Assembly: GCA_024137785.1 (NCBI GenBank)
Contig: JAHRHZ010000063.1
Coordinates: 21,033,573 to 21,097,572, forward strand
DNA from: Ginglymostoma cirratum
Taxonomy: Eukaryota
DNA length: 64,000 nucleotides
Reading direction: 5' to 3'
Shown here: positions 50,521 to 63,349 of the stretch, one piece after another
Numbering within the stretch: position 1 is the stretch's first letter
Layout: every line of letters begins with the position of its first letter
Program-made: the position numbers and the translations under genes
Notes under the pieces: generated by a model
The model's database searches: none
What the model was told of the DNA's origin: nothing
Seen by the model: the letters and a program-made list of their open reading frames with translations, nothing else

Positions 50521-53500
50521 AATGGGGTGTTGAGGAAGTGGGTACAACAACAGAGAAGATCTGCTGAACTTTTACAAAACTCTGGCAAGGCTACAGCTGG
50601 ACAATTACCTGTAGTTAGATCATTATATCTTAGAAAAGATGTGAAGGTCCTTTAGAGGATGCAGAGGGGATTTCCCAAAGTGGTTGCAGGGACTGGGAGT
50701 TTTAATAACAATATGAGGTTGAACATACCGAAGAACAAAAAAAATTCAAGATTTGACATGATGAGATAAGATAAATGGGGAAAATCTTTCATTAACTGCC
50801 AGTACAAGGTCCAGGGACACAGGTTTAAGGTTTTGGGTTAGAAATGCAGGAGGGATATGATGAAGGGATATATGAGGGATATGTTTTTGCACAATTAGGG
50901 ATATGTTTTTGCACAATGTGTGGTAATGATCTGGAACTCAAGGGTGGTAGAAGCAGAGATATCAATGACGTCAAAGGAAATTGGATGGGCACTTGAAGGA
51001 AAGAAACTTGCAGTGCTGCAGGGAGAAAGTGGGGAATGGGATTGACTGGATTGCTGCATGGAGAAGGGACATGAACTTAATGGGCTGAAAGACCTCATTC
51101 TGTGCTGCACTGGCTCCATGATTTTACAATGAACACTCCCAGCTATTGGTCTCTCAACCCCACTCAATTTTATGCAAAAGAAAGAGAATTTTCCTATGGC
51201 TATAAAAATAGTAGCATCCAGAAATGGTTTAACACCTGAAACAAAATAGCAGATAGAAGAATGATCATGGGTTCATTAAGGGTTAATTCACTGGCGACAT
51301 CAGTACAAAGAATGAACTGGATAGATAAGCTTTTTGTAATCTCACGATGTCCCAAAGATCTTTACAGCTATTGTAGACTTTTGAAGGGTAGCCACTTTGC
51401 CTACTCCACTTGATATCAATTCACACACAGCAAGCTCCCAAAACAGCAATTTGATAAGGACTAAATAATCCACGTCTAAAGATCGTTTCTGTGGAATAAA
51501 TATCCACCAGACAGAACTCCCCTGCTGCTCAAAGTAGTACTGTAGGATCTCTTCACTCAACTAAGAGGGCAAAAGTGGCCTTCTGTTTAATATTTCATCT
51601 GATAGACTGTACTTCCACAACACTGCACTGGAAGGTCAGGTTGGTTTACATTGTTCAAATCTCTGCAGTGGGATGTGAATCCAGAATTTTTTTGAGTCAG
51701 ACCCAAGTATGGTACTACTAAGCCATTGTACACGAATCTGCATTCAAACTGCATGAATAGACCATAGTCAATAGCATTTAAGTTCTCAGATTCCAATGTT
51801 TGCTAATTTCGTACTTCCAGTACCTACTATTTATTGTGACGCTTAAGCAACGGTACCTACTGTGTTTGCAATAGCCTACTGACCTAAAACGCTTAATCCT
51901 TTTGAGTTGTGTTGTATTTTCTTCCTGTTGGTCAGCACTGCAAATTAGTCCTGTAACTGTATGCTAGGGCATTAATTACTTTCTCAGTTTATCTGACTTG
52001 AAATGCTACAATTCTTTCACTAGGTTTTACAATATAATGAGGTACTCATCAAAGAAATATTACATAAAAGAAGTAAATCAGTGACAGACAACATTGTTAA
52101 TTGTCGACAATGTGTGACCTATGATCCGAATTATCTTTAGATTATCAATTTGAATTATCTTGTGGCTCAACTTTGTGATTGTCATGCTAACAGTGTCCAT
52201 TTAAATAGTGCATTTAATGTAGCAAAACATACACTGTAAGTGTTAGAATAGGTTACCACACTTTGTTTGAAGAAGTAGGTTCGTAGAAGTATCTTGGGTG
52301 AAAAGGTGGAAAGGTGTGGGAATGGAAATCTAGAACTTGGGGTCCAGAAAGCTAACAGCACAGCTGCAAATGGTAGTTCAACAAAAAAAAAAATCAGGGA
52401 TGCACAAGAAGTCAGAATAAGGGGATTGCAGGGATTTTAGCAAAATTCAAAACTGGAGGAGATTAGGGAACTCAGGAGTGATGAAGTCAAGGAGGGGTTT
52501 GAATATTGAAATGAGAAGTTTCAAACTGAGGTGATAGATTCAGATCCAATGTAGGTCACAGAATACATGTGCACCAGAAATTTTATTGTAACTTATTTGG
52601 AAATGTTGCAAATAATTTCTTGAGGCATACTAGCAGATTATGGTAATGTATTGTGTCGCCCTTATCACAAGTCATGTACTGTTTACATTAGCTGAATTGT
52701 CTCTATTCGCTACAATGCAACAATGAAAAACAATGCATTACCTGAAGATAGTTTGAGTGGTAAATCACGAAAGGGAGAATGAGTACCCCAGAGGTATCTA
52801 ATCTTTAGCCAATCTTTCAAAGTGTGACTTTTTATATGTACACTCTCTAGTTTTGATCTCTTATTTTGCAAAGAAGCAACCTTTCTACATCTACCGCAAT
52901 GATATTCAAATCAGATGTACATAGATTTTGGATACTTAGTAAATGAAGAGTAGTGTCAGAAAGTGGAGTTGACAGAGAAAGTCAGCTGTGATGTTACTGG
53001 AGGGCATAGCAAGCTCAAAGAGCCCAATGGATTGCTTGTGCTCCTATTTATAATGGACACATCAAATCCTTTCAGATTCTTAAAGCCTCTGTTGAGTCAC
53101 CTTATTTCTAGAGGGAGGAAAAAAAAACAAGATTGTTCTATCTTCCAGGTATCAGCCTTTTAAATTAGTCTGTCCCTGGAAATATTAATGAGGTAAGATT
53201 GCTTGCAGGCATGACCTGAGACTGATGTTTGCCTAAGTGAAACACGAATAATATTGCTGAAGAGAAAGTTCTACAGAAGTATATGATGACTTCTCACTCA
53301 CCAGTTAACTTTTAGACACAAGTTTAAAAGCTGTGGGCAGTATGTCAGCGTGGCACTAAAGGCTTAAATTAATTACAGAGAGGCTTCAGAAGTTTCCAAT
53401 CTGCTTGGCCACATTTTACACCTTACAGTTTCATATGGAAACAGTGTGCAAGGTTGGAAAAGGTGCGTGTCAGATCTCCCACAGAGATATTAAATTCATT

Positions 53501-54733
53501 TTGCTGAACATTGCAAAATTTAAAGGAAACAATGCAGTTAAAACTTTGAAACTAATCACTGCACCTATAAACTACTTTCAGCATCTCTCTCATTCATGTC
53601 TTGCACGAGGCTCAGTTCCCTTCATTTTCTTCATTCAAATGTGGGCATCACTGGCTTGGTCAGCATTCATTGACCATCTCTAGTTACCCTTGAGAAGGTG
53701 GTGGTGAGTTGTCTTCTTGAACTGCTGCAAAGTATATGCTGCAGCTACACCCACAACATGGTGAGAGAGGAAGTTCCAAAATTTTGACCAAGCAACATTG
53801 GAGGAATGGCAAATGATTTCCAAGTCAGGATAGTGAGTGACTGGGAGCAGAACATCTTGGTGGTGGCGCTCCCATGTAATTGCTGTCCTTGACCTTCTAG
53901 ACAGAAGTGGTTTTGGGTTTGAGGAGGTGCTAATGATTAACATTTGTAACCCTTTTTGTAACACTCTAGCCTCAGATTCAAAAGACAGTGAGTTCAAACC
54001 CCACTTCAAAGACTCCAGCACATCATCTACACTTGAGGGAGTGCTACACTGTTAGAAATGCCCTATTTTGAACAAAACATTAAATCAATACTCTAGAAAA
54101 AAATCACCTGAACTTTCCAGAGCTTTTGTCCAATATTTAACCTGTTCTGGATCATTCTCACATTACTGCCTGAGGAAATTTACGATTTGGGTCCTGCATT
54201 TCCTTAACATTACGACAGCGGTTACACTTCCAAGGAAGCGTTCCCCTGTTTGTGAGGAGGCTTTGGGCGTCCTGGGGGCAAGGGATTCGATGTATATATC
54301 TGATGTCTTAGAAGTTAAGGAGAGAGCCCCAAAGTACATTCAGAAGCAGTTAGTCACTGGACAGACGCCCACTGCCACGTTTCTGTGTGAACAAGACATT
54401 TCTCTAAAGACACTGCCTGCTGTCCTTTTGGGAATTGTGTAACAGCAGCAGAACGCAAAATGAAATTTTGCGAAGGAGTTTGGAAACTAACGTTGCGCCG
54501 TTGTTTTGAAGTAGCAGGATTTATAACCTGACTGTGGTTAGTAACAGTTCACCTGCACGTTTACTGTAAAGCTAACTGGACAGAAACTGGTTTATAACTT
54601 TAAACGTGGTGATAAACGGAATTTCAATACGCTGAAATTAACAGAGACCTAACATCTAATCTTGGCTCAGAGATAATAGGTACTGCAGATGCTGGAGAAT
54701 CCGAGATAACAAGGTGTGGAGCTGGAAAATGAT

Positions 54734-54767
54734 TTTCTGATGAAGGGTCTAGGCCCGAAACGTCAAG
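54734..54767 (+). ncRNA. Minimal type I hammerhead ribozyme motif, intact
   Basis: TTT CTGATGA A GGGTC-TA-GGCCC GAAA CG TC AAG, within insertion 54668-54826 flanked by atctaa(t/c)cttggct (54654-54667 / 54827-54840). Confidence 0.75.
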
Positions 54768-54935
54768 CTTTCCTGCTCCTATGAAGCTGCTTAGCCTGCT
54801 GTGTTCATCCAGCTCCACACCTTGTTATCTAACCTTGGCTGCATGTTTTAAACTGGTGAAATTGGCAGCCACAGCTGACGAGGGGGTCTGGATATCCAGT
54901 TCAAACTCGGTCACATAGCCACGTCCCAAACTTAC

Positions 54936-55156
54936 CGCAGATTTTCCACGCTCTCCTCCGGGGTCAACTGCTCGAACGTCTTGGCTTCTTCCTTGCCTAA
55001 AAAGGCCTCATGGTCGTACTGGAAGTTTTCCGAGTCGGCGTGTACCTGATCGCTGAGCTGTGGCTCTTGATGGACCCGTTCGTGTCTCAAAGTGGGCTTG
55101 GGACAGCCTCCGGCCACGTAGAGGAGCAACAAATAGAGCAGGCGTGGGTTCCCCAT
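54936..55156 (-). CDS. RCN1: Reticulocalbin-1, coding exon 1 (221 nt): signal peptide and [10 protein letters not shown] motif
   Basis: ATG at 55156 in CAACATGG context. Translation [22 protein letters not shown]...[30 protein letters not shown]. Donor CG|GTAAG at 54935 (phase 2). An acceptor TTGCAG| lies just upstream, with the exon starting at 55183. Confidence 0.95.
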
Positions 55157-55269
55157 GTTGCAATATCTTGTAACGAATGAAACCTGCAACAAAGATACAA
55201 ACAGTTCTACAAACTTCTGCTTTAATCAATCATTACATTTTCTCTCATACATGGAAGCAAATATCAAAT

Positions 55270-55940
55270 ACCTGTATGAAACAACCCCCCCGTTGATACT
55301 TTGAGCGACCACCTCTTTAGAGCTACGCACAAGATTCTGTCCCATGTAAGTTACAAAGTTATTTCAAACCCGACGGCTAACCCCGTCCCCGCCCCCCTGC
55401 TCCGCTTCATGTATCTGCCTTTGATGTGGGACTGAGCCACTCAACACTCCGATTGCAGTTTAGCCAGCCGAGTGCGGTTTTGTTAAAGGGCTTCCGATTG
55501 GGGAGAGGGCGTGTCCCCGTGTTGAGGAGGTTGAACTCGCCACGTTGCAGGGTTGCAAGAGCAGATCTCGTTGACAGTCACTTTTTAACGCTTTTTTCTT
55601 TAACCCAATACCTAAAATGCAATCGTTTGTGTCTGTTTTCCAATATGTTTTTGTTCCTTTGCATACCTTCACATGTAAAAGTGAAATAGGATCTTGCGTG
55701 GTCACTGTGGATTACTATTTAGATCGAACGCACTCGTGTTAACCATCACAAGAGCCATTAAGTTTTTTTTTGACTTTCCATTTAGGAAAATGTTATGTTC
55801 ATTATTCTTTAGTTAAAGCTCAAACGCCCACAAAAGCCAATCTATAAAAGAACATTGCACATAATCCACATTCTCTCTGACGCTTGAGATATCGTATTCC
55901 GCTTGGGGCATAACAGACACCAGGCGAAGCTACAGATGTA
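55270..55940 (-). promoter_or_regulatory. CpG-rich RCN1 promoter / 5' non-coding region
   Basis: CpG density is high relative to the rest of the window. There is a GC box CCCCGTCCCCGCCCCC at about 55381-55396 and a CCAAT box (gattgg on +) at about 55496-55501. A candidate 5'UTR donor CAG|GTATTT lies at 55271. Confidence 0.6.
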
Positions 55941-56269
55941 AAACAATCTTTAAAAAGAAAGTAGTAGGAGTTGTTAGGCATAAAAAAGCCTAATTCAGTT
56001 TATCCCACCCCAGGAGTTATATTGTTCAACAAGTTGTTAATGTATCCGAGCAACCAAACTCTTATCAATGAGTCTGCAACAGACACAGAGATGAAGTGAG
56101 GAAAACCCGGGGTGATGGAGACCTTTGGGTACCATTGATCTAAAGTCACCTGTTCCTCCCAAGCTCACTATACAGTTACAAATAGACTGGATTCCAAAAT
56201 ATATTTTTTGTATGAAAGAAACCTGTACATTTTGCATTTGAGTGTCTCAACAACTACTGCCTGGTATCT

Positions 56270-57590
56270 CTAACCTCCATAATCATGAAGTACTTCCTTT
56301 GGCTAGTCATGGCCCACATCAACTCTAGCCTCCCAACCTGCCTCAAACCCCTGCAATTTGCCTACCAGCAAAACAGGTCATCAACGGATGCCACTTCCCT
56401 AGCCCTACACTCATCCCCGGAACATCTGGATGACAAGGATACCTATGTCAAGTTCCTACTCATTGACTACAGCTCCGCCTTCAACACCATAACCCCTACC
56501 AAACTAATCTCAAAACTCTGAGACCTAGGTTTTGGCTCCACCCTGTGCAACTGGATCCTCAGCTTCCTGACCCACAGATCACAATTAGTGGAGATAGACA
56601 ACAGCACCTCCTCTATGATAATCCTCAACACTGGCACCCCACAATGATGCATTCTCAGCCCCCACTGCAGTTCTTGTACACCCACAACTGTGCAGCCAAA
56701 TTCCATACAAACACCATCTACAAGTTTGCTGATGACACCACCATGGTAGAATGGATATCAAACAATGATGAGTCAGAATACAGAAAGGAGCTAAAGTGTT
56801 TGGTGTCGTGGCGCAATGATACCAACTTCTCTCTCAATGTCAACAAAACAAAAGAACTGATCATTGACTTCAGGAAGAAAGGAGAACATGCCCCCATCTA
56901 CATCAACAGGGCTGAGGTGGAGAGGGTTGAGAACATCAAGTTCCTAGGAGTGACAATGACCAACAATCTATCCTGGACCTCCCACGTAGATACAATGGTC
57001 AAGAAGGCACAACAATGCCTCTTCTTCCTCAGGCTGCTTAAGAAATTTGGCATGCCCATAAGGACCCTCCCCAACTTTTACAGATGCACCATAGAAAACA
57101 TTCCATCCAGGTGCACAACAGCTTAGTATGGCAACTGCTCTGCCCAGAACCATGAAAAACCGCAGAAAGTTGTCTGCACAGCCCAGATCATCACGTTAGC
57201 CAACCTTCTATCCATAGACTCCATTTACACTTCTTGTTGCCATGGAAAGGCTACCAACATCAAAAAAGACCCTTCCCACCCTGGTAATACTCTCTTCCAA
57301 CCTCTTCCATCAGGCGGAAGATACAGAAGCTTGAACACACACACCAACAGATTTAAGAACAGCTTCTTCCCTATTGAATGGATCTCTCTAACTACAAACA
57401 ATATTGATCTTTCTAGTGTTGATCTTACTTTGTCCACCTCCTGTGCAGCCGTAACCTTGTATGCCTTGCTCTGTCTAAGCACCCTATCATCTGTATGTCC
57501 TTGTTTGCAGTGATCTGCCTGCACTGTTTGCAAAACAAAATTTTTTACTGTACTTGGGTACATGTGACTACAATAAATCAAGTCAAATAA
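56270..57590 (+). mobile_element. Rex1/Babar-clade LINE, RT to 3' tail (degenerate)
   Basis: LKPLQFAYQQNRSSTDA, LLIDYSSAFNTI, IYKFADDTT, LNVNKTKELIIDFRK; tail acaataaatcaagtcaaat. Confidence 0.88.
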
Positions 57591-57679
57591 ATGATTGAGC
57601 TGCGCATGAGTCTGCATATCTTTGTTATGTACCTCTTGCAAACTGAGTTTCTCCTCCAGGTCAGGTTCTCTCCACCTAT

Positions 57680-58870
57680 GGAATCCAACCTTAGTAAGGA
57701 GCAAGCTGATTTCAGACCTAGTAGGAGCTGTGATACCAAGTACTGAGTTACCACCAACTCTGAGTTTAGCTACCGATGCACACTCAGGACAGGACCTATA
57801 AGATGTAGTAACAGAGTTGGGACATTCGGCAATTAAATCTGCTCTGCCATGCAATGAAATCACCCATAAATATTTCATCAGCATATGATATTGTATGATG
57901 GCATGGTCTTCTGTTGAAAGTTGCCAGACTTCCCCAGTGCCAGGCTACAATACACTTCTCTTCAATGTTGAGCTACAATGACATAGGGCTTTACTGAACA
58001 AGTTCCCCAATGACTCACAATGAATGAGTTCCCCAAGACTCTGTTTTTGCTCGAATCTTCTTCTCATCTGTGTGAGTGACATGCCTCCCACAACCTCTAG
58101 GAAGTTTGCTTACACAAATTATCTGGCCCATCATACCTAAGGAAGTAGAAATGATAAAGTAATATCTAAACTATTGGTGACTCCACCCAAACCCAATTAA
58201 GACCATAATCGATGTTTTCCACTGCAGCAACCAACTGGTTAACAGTGAGCTAGCAATCTCCTATTGACAGACATTGGTGAAGATGCTTTTGCTGATGTTG
58301 ACTCTGCTTCTTCTCCATGAATGCTACCAGAGTAGCTGATGTTCTCCAGCAATTTTTGTTTTTATTTACAATTGTGGTACTGTTCTAGAGTGCTTTTCAT
58401 CAGAATATTGCTCCTGTGTACACACAGACAGAGCAGTTACACAAAATGCATATACTTCGTCCAGAACATACTGATGTGGATAATTAGTGATGGAGTGGCT
58501 TCTTGTCCTGTCTGATATCCCATCTCTTGATGAACATCAGAGGAGACAACGACTGAAATAGTTTAACTGCATTAAAGCCAATTCAGAACTGCCAATCTTT
58601 GAAAATCTTCAAAACATACCAAGTATGAAACTCAAATTTCACAAACTTTTCTAGAGCCCTGTCAATGCTTTGAGCAATGTAACTTCTGGCAAAAAAAAGT
58701 AGTGCAATCTTTCAACTGACAACAATATCAATTGCAAAAACCTGGTGAATGAACAGACAGCAGAGCCTTCATGATTTGACGTCCCTTATAAACAGTGGTC
58801 TGCACTCAACAGATTCTGCATCCTCCATACAAGGACTTCACACCTACCCCATAATTGGAATTTCAAGAAT
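57680..58870 (+). mobile_element. Highly decayed LINE RT remnant (clade uncertain)
   Basis: Remnants resembling PQGSVLAP and SRKFAYADDLA at about 58030-58130. Confidence 0.45.
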
Positions 58871-58893
58871 ATGTCTGTATGTGACTGTGACCA

Positions 58894-59193
58894 AAATAGA
58901 AATTGCTGGAAAAGCTCAGCAGGTCTAGCAGCAGCTGTGGAGAGAAATCAAAATGAATGTTTCATGCCGAGTGACCCTTCCTCAGAATTCAGTTAACTCT
59001 GATTTCTCTCCACTGATGCTGCCAGACCTGCTGAGCTTTTCCAGCAATTTCTATTTTTTGTCTTTGATTTACAGCATCAATTGTCACCCACCTCATCCTC
59101 TCAAACTACTAACTCTTCCTCTCCTCTGTATTTCCTACTCACTCAATCACTGGAGATACCTCACCACTTCTCCTGCCCATGCATTTCAATTTT
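58894..59193. mobile_element. Composite insertion: palindromic Penelope terminus plus a 110-bp captured local sequence
   Basis: Perfect 16-bp TSD tatgtgactgtgacca at 58878-58893 and 59194-59209. Confidence 0.85.
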
Positions 59194-59669
59194 TATGTGA
59201 CTGTGACCACCTGAATCAGACTGTTCATCACATTATGAAAAATGGTGACACATAAACATTTACTACAGGATTCATGGCAATCTGCTTAACAAGACACAGA
59301 AAATACATTAGTACTTAGACTTGAAGAAAAACCAGCAAGATGCCATAAGAAGTAGATTTAAAGGATTCAGTGCTAACTGCCTCTGTCATTCCCCTGGGTA
59401 TCCTGTTCTTATAGACTGACCATTCTCTTGTTGAAATGTTGTTTATACAGATTTAGGTTGAATTTGTCCTGTTTTAATGCAGGTCATGATCCCTGGGTCT
59501 ACTATCTGGGTCTACTATCTGGACAAAACAAAATAGCTTGCTTAGGTCTATATTGTTTAGTCCATTTACAATCTTAAGAAAAGGAACAAGTATTCCACTT
59601 CTCAACTTCTTTTCAGGTGAGAACATGGCAATTTAAATTAATACATCTCATTTCTAAGGTCAGCTAAAC

Positions 59670-60100
59670 TAAGGTCGCAGGTCAGATGCTGAGAATTCTG
59701 CAGAGAGTAACATACTTCCTGACTTCCCAAAACTTGTCTACCATCTGCAAGGCACAAGTCAGGAGTGTGATAGAAAATTCCCCACTTGCCTCGATGGGTG
59801 CAGCTCCAACAACACTCAAGAAGCTTGACACCAACCAGGTCAATTGGAACATAACCACCTGCAAATTCCCCTCCAAGCCATTTCCTGACCTGACTTGGAA
59901 ATATATTACTAGTCCTTCAGTGTCGCTGGGTCAAAATTCTGGAATTTCCTCCTTCAGGGCATTGTGGGTCAACCTATAGCATGTGGATTGCAGCAGTTCA
60001 AGAAAGCAGCTCACCCAACCTTCCCAAGGGCAACTAAGGGCAGGCAATAAACGCTGGCCCAGCCAGCAATGGCCACATCCAGCAAATAAATTAAAAAAAG
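59670..60100 (+). mobile_element. LINE 3' fragment; related inverted copies at about 15290-15560, 34850-35134 and 53635-53930
   Basis: LSTICKAQVRSVIENSPLASMGAAPTTLKKLDT; tail gggcaactaagggcaggcaataaacgctggcc followed by poly-A. Confidence 0.75.
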
Positions 60101-60929
60101 CCTTATCTTTTGCATTGATGTTGGAGACATGTCATTGATGGGATCACCAGATAGTGCTCCCAAGGCTGATATAGAAAGAGTATCTGCCAAACTGAAAGTC
60201 TCTGAGCTGGTATGTATATGAAAGCCTGGTCAGTACATCCCTTGAGGATTCAGTGACTTCCTCCTCAGAAGTGGAAGGGCAGCTAAGAATCTCTAGTGCT
60301 GGCATTTTTGAAGAGATTTACTGGCTGGTGCTTGTGCATACGTAAGAGAAGAGAGAGGATTAGTTTTCAAGAAAAATAAAAGATCATGCTGACTAAGATT
60401 GTATTAGCATTGGTGGTAATTGGAAAGCAGCACCTCACAATGAAGTTTAGTGGGTTGGCTGCTCATCGACGTCTTTTTATCCCCATATGAGAGGTCTTCT
60501 TCGGCCAAATCCGGAATTTTTCTTCACCGAGAGTGAGCAGCCTGACATCCAACAGTCTCTACACCAGGTTTGGACTTTTCAGCCAACCTGTTGGCCAATG
60601 TTTCCTGCAGTGAGACAAATAGGAGACATTTAATATAATGGAAGCAAATAGAACAGCAGCCAGTGGTGATGCATGGGCAGGAGAAGTGGTGAGGTATCTC
60701 CAGTGACTGAGTGAGTAGGAAATACAGAGGAGAGGAAGAGTTAGTAGTTTGAGAGGATGAGGTGGGTGACAATTGATGAGTGGACATAATGCATGCAGTC
60801 ACATTCGAGTGAGTGACGGCCTGCTGAGTGTGAGGTAGTAGAGAGAGGCAGGTAGCACTTGCCTCTGCATAACACATTGAACTTCTTCCTGCACTGCTCG
60901 GCATTCCACTTCACCAGCAACACATAAAA

Positions 60930-61665
60930 AATGTGAGGTGATTCATGTTGGAAGGACAAATTTGAAAGTAGAATACAGGGTTAACGGAAAGATTCTTGGC
61001 AGTGTGGAGGAGCAGAGGGATCTTGGGGTTCATGTCCACAGTTCCCTGAAAGCTGCCACACAGGTGGATAGAGTTAAGAAGGCGAATGGTATGTTAGCTT
61101 TCATTAATAGAGGGATTGAGTTCAAGAGCCGTGAAGTTATGCTCCAGCTATACAAAAGCCTGGTTCGGCCACATCTGGAGTATTGTGTCCAGTTCTGGTC
61201 GCCTCATTACAGGAAAGATGTGGAAGTGTTGGAAAAATGCAGAGGAGATTTACCAGGATGTTGCCTGGAGTGGAGGGAAGGTCTTACAAGGAAAGGTTGA
61301 GAGAGCTAGGGCTTTTCTCTTCAAAACGACGAAGGATGAGAGGTGACTTGATAGAGGTGTACAAAATGATCAGAGGTATAGATAGAGTGGACAGCCAGAG
61401 ACTTTCTTCCTAGGATGGAGGTAGCTATTACGAGGGAGCATAGTTTTAAAGTGAGTGGAGGTAGACACAGGGAGACGTCAGAGGTAGGTTCTTTGCTCAG
61501 AGAGTGGTAGGGGCATGGCATGCATTGCTGGAGAGGGCAGTGGAGTTGGCCTCATTAGGGGCATTTAAGTGGCTATTAGATAGGCATATGGATGATAGTA
61601 TAAGGTAGGTGTGGAGGTTAGATAGACCTTAGGTTGAGGGTAAAATTTTGGCACAACATCGTGGG
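60930..61665 (+). mobile_element. CR1 LINE 3' portion
   Basis: VEEQRDLGVHVH, LYKSLVRPHLEYCVQFWSPHYRKD, RRMRGDLIEVYK. Confidence 0.92.
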
Positions 61666-63349
61666 CAGTTGGTGACTTGGAAAGGACTGCCCTCCTTGCC
61701 ACCTCTCTGACCACCAGCATCTCCTGGTCCCTGTCTGTCACGGGGGAAGCAAGCTTTCCCTTCCTCTGGGCCATGTTCTGTATGTTGAGGCTTGAGCGTC
61801 ACAGTGTGTCAGGTCACTCCTGGCTTGCAACATCTGAAATGGTGTGCAGCTGGTGCATATTTGTGTATATAGTGTGTATAGTTTCAGAGATGTGTTCACA
61901 GGGAGGACCCTGCAGAGGCAAGCCTCTGTGACTATGAGTCCCTAAGAATTATGCCCATGAGCTCAGCTGTATCATGAGGTAAAGAGAAGTTTGGATTGGA
62001 AAAGAGTCTCCAAACCATGGTGGATGGGCTGCCATGAATCTCACTCAATGAAACATTTTAAATGAAAATGAGAAAATTCTGCCCATTAAATGATATTTTA
62101 TCTCATCACCTTTTGCATAGCTTAACAGCCAACAACTTAATTGTCATGTTTGTCTGCAAAACAACAGTAACAGAGCAATTAATGGGTGAAGCACTTTGGA
62201 ATGTCCTGGGAATGTGAAATCTCAAATATAAACGCTGTCTGTTCATTTTTCTTTCATTTCACATGATGCATATAAGATTATTAATCATTACACTTATTTT
62301 GTTAATCAATGATCATAATGTGACACCTGAAGAAACAGGATTTCATATTCAGATGTGTGAGCCTGTTCCATCATTCAATTAGATCATGAATTATGTTAAA
62401 ATTCACTAAACCACCTTAATATTATTACTGAACAAAAATCAATTAATTTCAATTTTGAAACTTTCAATTAGCCCCCAGCTTCAGTAGAATCATGGAGGTA
62501 GTAAATTATAAATTGTTACTGTATTTTATTTGAGAAATGCTTTATGAATCACCCCTGAATGGCCTAACTCCAATTTTAAGGTTATGGTCTCTTTGTTCAG
62601 GACTATCCCACCATGAAGCATTTTGTCTACTTGCCCCAGTTCCTTTGGGTAGGTTTTGTGAAGTGATTTTTGCAAAAGTGGAATGAAATAATACAGCTGT
62701 CGAATTAGTTTGAACAGCAATACTTGGGCTTAAAAATTTAGGATGTGCGTTCAGTATTTGACCAGAGACAGGAGGTAAAGCTCTCTTCTATCTTGAAAGC
62801 TCTTAAACATTTTAAAGTTTGAGTGAATTTGGCATTTACAGCACAAACCTGCCCAAATGCTTGACCCAATTGACTTTAACTTCAGCAGATCTTCTCAGTG
62901 CTTCTACTGTAATCCATTCAACCTAGAATTTTCTGCTGGTGTTAAAGTAAAGTATTCCAGGCTTGGGCAGTGTAATTAATAATTTTTCTGTGTCAAATGA
63001 GGACGAGGAACACTTGGGAGAACCACACTTTACAAAGACAGTGTTTCACTTTTTCACTGCATCTCAAGGGATGTCCTGATAGAGGCAAAAAGTTAGTCCA
63101 ATGTGGATGAAAATCCAAATTGTGTGAAATCATAAAATGTTTTTTCTTTGTTTGACAGAATGTCTGACAGTTGCTGAAACCATGCCATGAGAAACTGACT
63201 TCTATGCCATCCATCTGAAGTTCTGATGAAGTCATTGGATTTGAAATATTTACTCTGTTTTCTTCCTACCAGTGCTGCCAGACCTGCTGAGTTTCACCAG
63301 CAAGTTCTATTTTTGTTATGTCAGAAACAACTGTGCTAAACATTTTTTT

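Noticed and set aside
57225-57884. 219-aa minus-strand ORF
   Set aside because: It is largely antisense to the Rex1/Babar 3' end and has no domain signature.
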